Source: Dehalococcoidales bacterium (GTDB lineage: Bacteria > Chloroflexota > Dehalococcoidia > Dehalococcoidales > UBA5760). From it: a DNA stretch of 64,000 bases. Where the stretch lies: positions 93,407-157,406 of the forward strand of contig JAQUQE010000001.1 in NCBI GenBank assembly GCA_028716225.1, given 5' to 3'. Made by a program: the position numbers and the translations under genes. Shown in pieces: positions 57,054 to 64,000 of this stretch (its first letter is position 1; each line of letters starts with the position of its first letter). The notes under the pieces are model-generated. The model worked only from the letters and a program-made list of their open reading frames with translations. It was not told where the DNA came from and searched no databases.

Positions 57054-57227
57054 TCAACCCTTCTTACTGGCAGGCAATCTCAAGAATCTTGAAATACTTT
57101 GCGAGATAGCGTTCCATTTTCCTTGAGACTTTTTCCGCCTGCGCAGTACCCGATCACCGGGACGAATGGTGGGTAATTCCTCAACAAAATCTTCTTTGTC
57201 GCTCCGTAGCGTACCTTTGGTATCCAT
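57054..57227 (-). CDS. candidate 57-aa basic small protein immediately upstream of trkA
   Basis: Below the track cutoff. ATG 57227 is preceded by GGAGG with a 3-nt spacer, the same spacing as at rpsT. The stop lies 4 nt before the trkA ATG. Translation: MDTKGTLRSDKEDFVEELPTIRPGDRVLRRRKKSQGKWNAISQSISRFLRLPASKKG. I recognise no family. Confidence 0.35.
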   Translation of the reverse strand: MDTKGTLRSDKEDFVEELPTIRPGDRVLRRRKKSQGKWNAISQSISRFLRLPASKKG

Positions 57228-57352
57228 TGGCCTCCATCTCTGATCCAGGCTTCTAAATCACAGCCATAATAATGGCACCGATTTAGGAAATGGTCAAGTG
57301 AGTCCCCTGCTCTCTACCATCCCACTTGAATTATTTTCCCACGGTTCGGAGA

Positions 57353-57381
57353 ATTTTACCCACTCACCTGACTTCTGTCAA
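57353..57381 (-). promoter_or_regulatory. trk operon promoter
   Basis: Reverse strand TTGACA (57381..57376), 17 nt, TAAAAT (57358..57353). Confidence 0.55.
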
Positions 57382-57393
57382 CAAGACCACCGC

Positions 57394-57422
57394 TTGACAA
57401 TTACACAGTCCTCATCTAAACT
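57394..57422 (+). promoter_or_regulatory. DUF47-pit operon promoter
   Basis: TTGACA (57394..57399), 17 nt, TAAACT (57417..57422). It is back-to-back with the trk promoter. Confidence 0.55.
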
Positions 57423-57522
57423 CAAAGTACATATTTTGTGCCTAGGCTTTTGGCATCCTAATCATAGTCATCATTCAAATGAAGTTATTTATACGTTCTT
57501 TGTCCACGGAGGAGAAATATTA

Positions 57523-58152
57523 ATGGTCAGGTTCCCCTTTATACCTAAAGAAGAGAGTTTTTTTGGACTTTTTGAGCAGAGCGCCCGGAATATGGTCAAG
57601 GCAGCCGAGGAGCTGCATAACATGATGGATAACTGTGGTGATTTCGTGAAAAGCGCGGCTGAGATAGCCGAGCTCGAACACCAGGGCGACACTATTACCC
57701 ATCAGATTATGGCTCAGCTACACCGCACCTTCGTTACCCCGTTTGACAGAGAGGATATAGCACTACTGGCCCATGCTCTGGATGACGTGACTGACTTCAT
57801 TGACTCGGCGGCCGATGCCATCCTTATTTATAAAATAGATTGTCCTACACAAAGGGCTAAGGAACTGGCCGACGTCATCGTCCAGGCATCGATTGAGGTA
57901 GAGAAGGTGTTGCCTAAACTGAGGCGTCGTGCCGAGTTGAAGCAGGTGCTTGAGCGGTGTGTGGAGATTAACCGTTTGGAGAACGTCGCCGACCGGATAT
58001 TCCGCTCGGCGATGGCCGAACTTTTTGATGATAACATAGACATCGCTCAGGTCATCAAATGGCGTGAGATATACGAATACATGGAAACAGCAACCGACCG
58101 GTGCGAGGATGTGGCTAACGTCCTTGAAGGGGTAGCCCTTAAGCATGCCTGA
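57523..58152 (+). CDS. DUF47-family (PhoU-like) phosphate transport regulator
   Basis: Start set at ATG 57523 (GGAGGAG at 57508..57514). FGLFEQSARNMVKAAEEL...LEHQGD...FDREDI helical repeats. Overlaps the PiT gene by 8 nt. Confidence 0.85.
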   Translation: MVRFPFIPKEESFFGLFEQSARNMVKAAEELHNMMDNCGDFVKSAAEIAELEHQGDTITHQIMAQLHRTFVTPFDREDIALLAHALDDVTDFIDSAADAILIYKIDCPTQRAKELADVIVQASIEVEKVLPKLRRRAELKQVLERCVEINRLENVADRIFRSAMAELFDDNIDIAQVIKWREIYEYMETATDRCEDVANVLEGVALKHA

Positions 58153-59140
58153 TCCGTTTCTGATCCTGATTATTGCTCTGGCACTCGGTTTTGGTGTGGT
58201 TAACGGTTTTAATGATGCCGCCAATGCCGTAGCTGCTTCAGTTGGTTCCCGTGCTCTTTCCCCCCGAAATGCCATCATAGTGGCTGCCTGTTTTAATATG
58301 GCTGGTGCCGCTTCCGGCACGGCAGTTGCCAAGACCATCGGCAAGGGGATTCTAGTACCGGAGGCAATGAATTCCTACCTGCCGGTAATTGCCGCCCTGA
58401 TTGCCATCGTTATCTGGGGGGCTATTGCTACCTACCATGGCGTACCGATAAGTCTTACCCATGGATTTATTGCCGGCCTGGCTGCTGCTGGAGTAGCCGT
58501 AGCCGGCAGCACGGCAGTGGTATGGAGTGTTATGCAACGGATTCTGGTCTCGGTAGCGGCTGCCCCCGCTCTGGGCTTTGCCGGCGGGTTTGGCCTAATG
58601 GTCGCTCTACTATGGATATTCCGCCGTAGCGCTCCGGCCAAACTACGAACTGTCTTCAGCCGTTTGCAGTGGCTTACTACCGCCTTTCTTGCTTATAGTC
58701 ACGGTAAGAATGACGGCCAAATGCCAATTGGCATCATCACGATGGCTCTGGTAATTCATACCGGGCAGACCGGACTGTGGGACAATATTCCCTGGTGGGT
58801 AATAGGGGTATCAGCCGCCGCTATCAGTATAGGGACACTAACCGGCGGATGGCGGGTTATCAAGACAGTAGGAATGAAGGTTACTGCTCTGGAGCCAATT
58901 CATGCCTTTACGGCTAATATTGCCGCGGCAGGAGTAATTGAGGCGGCTTCGCAGCTGGGTATCCCGGTAAGTACCACCCACTGTAACAGTGCGGCTATCA
59001 TGGGTGTCGGAGCTACAAAGAGACTCTCGGCAGTACGTTGGGGGGTAGCACGCCGCATTGTCGCTGCCTGGGTCATCACCTTTCCCGTCTGCGGCGGGCT
59101 GGGTTATTTAGTCGCCAAGCTAATGCAGCCGTTATTCTAA
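58145..59140 (+). CDS. inorganic phosphate transporter, PiT family
   Basis: GFNDAANAVA and a second-half THC..AIMGVG repeat. Polytopic, 331 aa. Confidence 0.9.
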   Translation: MPDPFLILIIALALGFGVVNGFNDAANAVAASVGSRALSPRNAIIVAACFNMAGAASGTAVAKTIGKGILVPEAMNSYLPVIAALIAIVIWGAIATYHGVPISLTHGFIAGLAAAGVAVAGSTAVVWSVMQRILVSVAAAPALGFAGGFGLMVALLWIFRRSAPAKLRTVFSRLQWLTTAFLAYSHGKNDGQMPIGIITMALVIHTGQTGLWDNIPWWVIGVSAAAISIGTLTGGWRVIKTVGMKVTALEPIHAFTANIAAAGVIEAASQLGIPVSTTHCNSAAIMGVGATKRLSAVRWGVARRIVAAWVITFPVCGGLGYLVAKLMQPLF

Positions 59141-59149
59141 CCAACTGAC

Positions 59150-59785
59150 CTACAGGATAATCTCACGCTTTTTTACTCGGCACTTTTCCGCAGTAATGAT
59201 TGCTTTGATCTCAGATACAGCCAGGTCAACCGCGCCCTCTTTGTTTACCACCACATAATCAAACTGAGATAGCTGTTTTACCTCTCCGCGAGCAGTTTTT
59301 ACACGCAGGGCCAGATCAAATGGAGTTTCCGTGCTGCGTCGATCCAGCCGGCTGACAAGCTCTTCAATAGACGGCGGTATAATGATGATAGATACTGCCC
59401 CCGGCAGGATTTTTTTGATGGTTGCTGCTCCCTGGATATCAACCTTTACTATTGTATCCTGCCCGTTCCCCAAGGCTTTTTGAACCGGTCCCCGAGGCAC
59501 CCCGTACCAGTTCCCGTAAACATTAGCCCACTCCAGTAATTCTTCTTTCTTGATCATTTCCTGAAATTCTCCCGGGGAGACGAAGTGATAGTGCTCATTA
59601 TCTCTTTCGTTAGACCGCTTACATCGTGTAGTCACCGTGGTGACATACTGCAGGGGATAGCCGGACTGTCTTATCCTGCTCAGAAGAGCATCTTTGCCTA
59701 CACCTGACGGACCGGAAAGGACTATCAGTAAAGGTTTTGCTTGCGGATCAAAAGGAGGCTGATTTTCACGGCTCACATTTTTCAT
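59150..59785 (-). CDS. gmk: guanylate kinase
   Basis: P-loop [12 protein letters not shown] and the TTR...E..G..Y.F motif. Confidence 0.92.
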   Translation of the reverse strand: MKNVSRENQPPFDPQAKPLLIVLSGPSGVGKDALLSRIRQSGYPLQYVTTVTTRCKRSNERDNEHYHFVSPGEFQEMIKKEELLEWANVYGNWYGVPRGPVQKALGNGQDTIVKVDIQGAATIKKILPGAVSIIIIPPSIEELVSRLDRRSTETPFDLALRVKTARGEVKQLSQFDYVVVNKEGAVDLAVSEIKAIITAEKCRVKKREIIL

Positions 59786-60059
59786 CGCCCGGATCTAGCT
59801 TTAGCGCAGGGTTTTCTCGACTGGCTTGTAGCCGACCAGCAATGGTTTCCGGAGCCAGGGCTGCCAGAATAATATGTCCGTTATCGGTGATGATGACGGC
59901 CTTAGTTCTCCTGCCGTTGGTCATATCAATCAGTAGCCCCTTGTTTCTACCTTCCTGAACAGTACGTTTGGTAGGTGCTGAGTTCGGCGAAACTATGGCA
60001 ATAACTCTGTTCATGGCTATGATATTGCCAAACCCAATATGAACCGGCTCCATAATCAT
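59766..60059 (-). CDS. remA: RemA/DUF370-family regulator
   Basis: [25 protein letters not shown]...[26 protein letters not shown]. Start set at ATG 60059 (GAGGTG, 6-nt spacer). Overlaps gmk by 20 nt. Confidence 0.85.
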   Translation of the reverse strand: MIMEPVHIGFGNIIAMNRVIAIVSPNSAPTKRTVQEGRNKGLLIDMTNGRRTKAVIITDNGHIILAALAPETIAGRLQASRENPALKLDPGDEKCEP

Positions 60060-60234
60060 TGTAAACACCTCAGAAATTAAGTAGTTTATATCTCTATAGT
60101 GCTTAATATCTTACACTTTTACCGACGATTACGCAACTGTTCTTGACATAGCTTCACCTTTACAATACCATAGCATAATCACCCGTTAAACAGAATTAAC
60201 CCCGGCGGGATCGGCTTTCGATAAAGGAGGCTCA

Positions 60235-60690
60235 ATGTTTAAAAAAATTCTGGTTTGTCTCAACGGCTCCGATCTTGCGGAGCAGATTTTACCCTATGCT
60301 GCCGAGGTAGCCCAGCTTTCTGGCAGTAAGGTTGTGCTTCTCGCGGTGACTATTCCACCGGGTGCTGTTGTCCAGCCGTTAATCGGTTACTACCACGCCA
60401 CCCCGCTGGAAAGGATCCAGAGAGACGAGGAAGTAGCCGGAGAATATCTAAAACGTGTGGCAAGGAGACTGCGCAGGAAACGGCTTCACGTGGAGTGCGT
60501 CACTCTACCCGGAGACCCCGGTAAGACTATTGTCAGCTATGCTGCCCAGAATGATATAGACCTTATCGCTATGGGTACCCATGGGCAGAGCGGCTTGGGG
60601 CGGCTGGTCTTTGGTAGCGTAGCAGACTTTGTACTGAGGCATTCGGAGTTACCTATCCTGGTGAGAAAACCCGAGTACACCAAGAAATAA
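60235..60690 (+). CDS. universal stress protein (UspA family)
   Basis: ILVCLNGSDLAE and DLIAMGTHGQSGLGRLVFGSVADFVLRHSELPILV. Confidence 0.88.
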   Translation: MFKKILVCLNGSDLAEQILPYAAEVAQLSGSKVVLLAVTIPPGAVVQPLIGYYHATPLERIQRDEEVAGEYLKRVARRLRRKRLHVECVTLPGDPGKTIVSYAAQNDIDLIAMGTHGQSGLGRLVFGSVADFVLRHSELPILVRKPEYTKK

Positions 60691-60810
60691 ATGTCCTTCG
60701 GGTCATATTCAATTCATCTTCCTGACCGGAAAAGTAAGCCGGGTAAAATAGGTTAAGAGAGGCAAAATCACCCTTCTTTTTCATCGAAAATTCTAGTAGA
60801 ATAGATTTTG

Positions 60811-63402
60811 ATGGCAAAAGAAGAACTAACTCCTATCCGGCGGCAGTACCTAAAGATAAAGCACGATTACCCCCAGGCTATTGTCCTCTTCCGGCTGGGA
60901 GATTTCTATGAGACCTTTGACAGCGACGCCGAGCTTACCTCCCGTGAGCTGGATATTGTCCTGACTTCAAGGGAGATGGGTAAGGGGCACCGGATACCCA
61001 TGGCCGGTATTCCTCATCACGCCCTGGATAATTATCTGGCGAGGCTTATTAATCGTGGCTATAAGGTTGCTATATGTGAGCAGGTTACCAAACCCGGTGA
61101 GAGTAAAGGCATTGTTGAACGTAATGTGGTGCGGGTGGTAACACCGGGAACAGTCATTGAACCAGGCCTTCTCAATAGCCGAACCAATAACTATCTGGTT
61201 AGCCTTGTTCTGGATGATGAAGCAGCGGGTATTGCCTACGTTGATATCACCACCAGTGATTTTGCGGTCACCCAGACACCTCTTGATCGGGTTAACGCCG
61301 AACTGGAGCGACTCAAGGCTTCAGAGATTATTACAGCGAACAGTTCTCAGTTATCCGATCTGGAACTATCATTCCCGTTAAGCCGCCTTGAAGATTATTG
61401 GTTTGAAATCAATGAGGCCCGACAAACATTACTCAAGCACTTTGGAGTAGCCTCTCTTGACGGCTATGGATGCAGTCACCTCCCCCTGGCAGTGAGAGCT
61501 GCCGGCGCCATTATTAGTTACATTCGGGAAACGCAGAAGGGAGTTCTGGGACAGCTAACCCGGCTTACTACCTATTCGACAGATTCGTTCATGGCACTCG
61601 ATGCACAGACCCAGAAAAATCTGGAGCTGTTTCACTCTGGCCGAGAGCAGCGAACCGATGGCTCTCTGCTCTCGGTGATCGACCTGACCAGAACACCGAT
61701 GGGGAGCCGACTGTTAAAGCGCTGGTTAGGGCAGCCTTTACTTGACATAACAGAACTAACTAAGAGGCAAGACATAATAAACTGGTTCTTCGATAACACA
61801 TTGATTCGCAATCAGACAACTTCCTGGCTCGATAAGGTGGTTGACCTGGAACGGTTGATTAACCGGATCAGGAGTGATGTAGCTACTCCCCGTGAGTTAA
61901 TCAGCCTGAAGCAAGGTCTGGAGATTATCCCCAAGCTGATCGAAGTAATCGATGCTGATAATGAAGATAGCGCCATCGGATTGCTCAGAAAAGAGCTCAG
62001 GCCCCGCCAGGATGTTATTGATTTAATTACAGAGGCAATAGAAGATCTACCACCATCTTCCTTAAGCGCCGGAGGCGTAGTGCGAAGAGGGTTCTCCGAG
62101 GAACTGGATAGCCTGCGTCTGGTAGCTAAGAATGCCAAGCAGTATCTGGCTAATCTAGAGCACCAAGAACGGGAGAAGACCGGGATCAAGTCGCTCAAGG
62201 TCGGATTCAATAGGGTTTTTGGCTACTACATTGAGGTCTCTAAGGCTAACCTCGGTCAGGTGCCACAGAGTTACATTAGAAAGCAGACCCTGGTCGGTGG
62301 TGAGCGTTTTTTCACGCCCGAACTAAAGGAGTACGAGTCCCTGATTCTGAATGCCCGTGACAGGATTGGTGAACTTGAAGCGGGTATCTTTCGCCGAATA
62401 TGCTGCCAGGTATCTACAGCCAGCGAGCGTATTCTAGCCGTCGCCAGTGTCCTGGCTAATCTCGATGTCTTCTCCAGCCTGGCCGAGGTGGCAGTAAATC
62501 ACAGTTATGTCCGACCAAGGTTGACCATGGACAGTGAAATAGTTATTAAGGGGGGACGTCACCCGGTAGTAGAGAGAGGAGTATCGACAAACAGCTTTGT
62601 ACCAAATGATACCTATCTCTCCAATAGTGATAACCAGCTTATCGTCCTTACCGGACCCAACATGTCCGGTAAGTCAACCTATTTGAGACAGGTTGCCTTA
62701 AGCGTTCTGTTAGCGCAGATAGGAAGCTTTATTCCTGCCGAATCCGCTACCATCGGTCTGGTTGACCGTATATTTACCCGCATCGGCGCCGGAGAAGATA
62801 TCGCCGCCGGTCAGTCAACCTTTATGGTAGAAATGGTGGAGACAGCCAACATCCTTAATAACGCCACACAGCGCTCGTTGATTATTCTGGATGAAATCGG
62901 GCGTGGTACCAGTACCTATGATGGACTTTCGATTGCCCGGGCGGTTTGTGAGTATATCCATAATAATTCCCGGTTGGGAGCCAAAACCATCTTCGCCACC
63001 CATTACCATGAACTGGTGGAATTAGCCAGTGTTCTACCCAGGGTAAAAAACTTCAACGTAGCGGTAACCGAAGAAGGCGGCAGGGTGGTCTTCTTATACA
63101 AGATTGTACCGGGTGGGGTTGACAAAAGCTATGGCATCCATGTTGCACAACTGGCCGGCTTGCCCAAGCCGGTAGTGCAGCGGGCTAATGAGATACTGAA
63201 GGAAATGGAAGAAGGCAACAGCAAGGAGACAACAGCACGAGAAAGACTAGGGCGAAAGAAAGAGACAGCCCGGCAGACATCGTTCTTCGGGCCAAAATCG
63301 CCGGTGGCAGAAGAACTGGAAAGACTTGACATAAACTCCCTGACACCGCTGGAGGCAATCAACAAGCTCTACGAATTGCAGAAGAAGGCGAGGGATGGGT
63401 AG
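60811..63402 (+). CDS. mutS: DNA mismatch repair protein MutS
   Basis: TPIRRQYLKIK...FYETF mismatch-binding N-terminus. Walker A GPNMSGKST, STFMVEM, and DEIGRGTSTYDG. Confidence 0.96.
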   Translation: MAKEELTPIRRQYLKIKHDYPQAIVLFRLGDFYETFDSDAELTSRELDIVLTSREMGKGHRIPMAGIPHHALDNYLARLINRGYKVAICEQVTKPGESKGIVERNVVRVVTPGTVIEPGLLNSRTNNYLVSLVLDDEAAGIAYVDITTSDFAVTQTPLDRVNAELERLKASEIITANSSQLSDLELSFPLSRLEDYWFEINEARQTLLKHFGVASLDGYGCSHLPLAVRAAGAIISYIRETQKGVLGQLTRLTTYSTDSFMALDAQTQKNLELFHSGREQRTDGSLLSVIDLTRTPMGSRLLKRWLGQPLLDITELTKRQDIINWFFDNTLIRNQTTSWLDKVVDLERLINRIRSDVATPRELISLKQGLEIIPKLIEVIDADNEDSAIGLLRKELRPRQDVIDLITEAIEDLPPSSLSAGGVVRRGFSEELDSLRLVAKNAKQYLANLEHQEREKTGIKSLKVGFNRVFGYYIEVSKANLGQVPQSYIRKQTLVGGERFFTPELKEYESLILNARDRIGELEAGIFRRICCQVSTASERILAVASVLANLDVFSSLAEVAVNHSYVRPRLTMDSEIVIKGGRHPVVERGVSTNSFVPNDTYLSNSDNQLIVLTGPNMSGKSTYLRQVALSVLLAQIGSFIPAESATIGLVDRIFTRIGAGEDIAAGQSTFMVEMVETANILNNATQRSLIILDEIGRGTSTYDGLSIARAVCEYIHNNSRLGAKTIFATHYHELVELASVLPRVKNFNVAVTEEGGRVVFLYKIVPGGVDKSYGIHVAQLAGLPKPVVQRANEILKEMEEGNSKETTARERLGRKKETARQTSFFGPKSPVAEELERLDINSLTPLEAINKLYELQKKARDG

Positions 63403-63540
63403 CGCGGCAGACTATTACCCAAATAGATAGGCTCCGGGAAGGCGGCAGCGGTAATTTGACAGCTATCCGGTGCTGCCTGGTATTAGTGCATAATGTTATA
63501 GTAATTAATAAACTGAAAATATAGAAAGGGACATGAGAAG

Positions 63541-64000
63541 ATGGGAAGAGTAGATGATAAGGTTGCCCTGGTAACCGGCGGTGCCACCGGCCTCGGAGAA
63601 GCTGATGCCCGTTTGCTGGCTAAGGAGGGAGCCAGTGTTATCATTACGACCAGGAAGAAGGTGGAGCAAGGACAGGCGGTGGTTGAAGAGATAAGAAAGG
63701 AAGGCGGAGAGGCCACTTTTCTTCAGCTTGATGTATCGAAAGAGGATGATTGGAAAAGGGTAATGAACGAAGTAGTTAAGAAATACGGTAAGCTCAATAT
63801 TATCGTCAATAATGCCGGGATTTCCGTGGTGAAGAATGTTGAAGAAACCTCCCTGTCCGATTGGAATGCGGTAATGGACATTAATTCGACCGGAGTCTTC
63901 CTGGGGACTAAATACGGAATTGAGACGATGAAGGATAGTGGCGAACCGTGCTCGATAGTGAACATATCATCCGTTGAGATCCATATCAACGAGCCTGACT
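63541..64000 (+). CDS. short-chain dehydrogenase/reductase (SDR), partial (runs off the right edge)
   Basis: Absent from the track because it is truncated. MGRVDDKVALVTGGATGLGEA (TGxxxGxG) and IIVNNAGIS (NNAG). Confidence 0.85.
   Translation, partial: MGRVDDKVALVTGGATGLGEADARLLAKEGASVIITTRKKVEQGQAVVEEIRKEGGEATFLQLDVSKEDDWKRVMNEVVKKYGKLNIIVNNAGISVVKNVEETSLSDWNAVMDINSTGVFLGTKYGIETMKDSGEPCSIVNISSVEIHINEPD

Noticed and set aside
57228-57352. c-di-AMP (ydaO-yuaA) riboswitch upstream of trkA
   Set aside because: It is expected by analogy with ktrA in Bacillus. However, I could not find the paired conserved blocks (GGGGA...ACCC..., GAAUCC, CCGA) in the leader. AGCAGGGGACUCAC is the only weak resemblance. 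A covariance-model scan is needed.
57298-57522. 75-codon N-terminal extension of the DUF47 ORF
   Set aside because: It overlaps both divergent promoters and has no SD. The homologous region starts at ATG 57523, which has GGAGGAG upstream.
1-64000. CRISPR arrays, IS elements, prophage, toxin-antitoxin or defence cassettes
   Set aside because: No regularly spaced repeats, transposase or integrase-like ORFs, or typical defence domains were seen. The only repeats are the short ones listed as features.

Overview
Gene-dense (about 90% coding), roughly 50% GC chromosomal segment with about 70 protein genes, one tRNA and one clear riboswitch. The content is almost entirely core housekeeping. Main blocks, in order:
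- A TRAP binding protein plus aminotransferase.
- argF, then der-plsY-gpsA.
- The hrcA-grpE-dnaK-dnaJ heat-shock operon with a CIRCE operator.
- The rpmH-rnpA-yidD-yidC-jag cluster, then ileS, an HtrA-type protease and a TrmH-family methyltransferase.
- A complete T-box-controlled trpEGDCFBA operon followed by a trpB2 paralog.
- tRNA-Ser, miaB, yajC, nadAC, a Fur-family regulator, dtd, folC, pyrF and ilvE.
- lexA with a GAAC-N4-GTTC box, rpsT, a long RelA/SpoT enzyme and an MFS transporter.
- A divergent U32-like Fe-S protein and acyl-CoA ligase pair.
- comEA plus a split comEC.
- A five-gene Trk/RCK/Usp potassium cluster, a DUF47-PiT phosphate pair, remA-gmk, mutS and a partial SDR.

Several signals fit a monoderm Chloroflexota (Dehalococcoidia-like) organism. 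These are CIRCE, a Gram-positive-type LexA box, the T-box, TTGACA-N17/18-TAnAnT promoters, GGAGG Shine-Dalgarno sites, and lipoproteins with Thr/Pro-rich tethers. This placement is inference only.

I saw no rRNA, CRISPR array, transposase, integrase, prophage or recognisable defence island. I did not find an unambiguous novel multi-gene system. The most unusual items are:
- The U32-like double-cysteine-cluster protein paired with an atypical acyl-CoA ligase.
- A 490-bp non-coding region with imperfect direct repeats next to it.
- A BamB-like beta-propeller lipoprotein inserted into the yidD-yidC insertase operon.
- A Trk cluster with three RCK proteins, an embedded Usp, and a long leader carrying an unannotated 57-codon ORF.
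- A naturally split ComEC.

All functional calls come from motifs read by eye. No searches were run.
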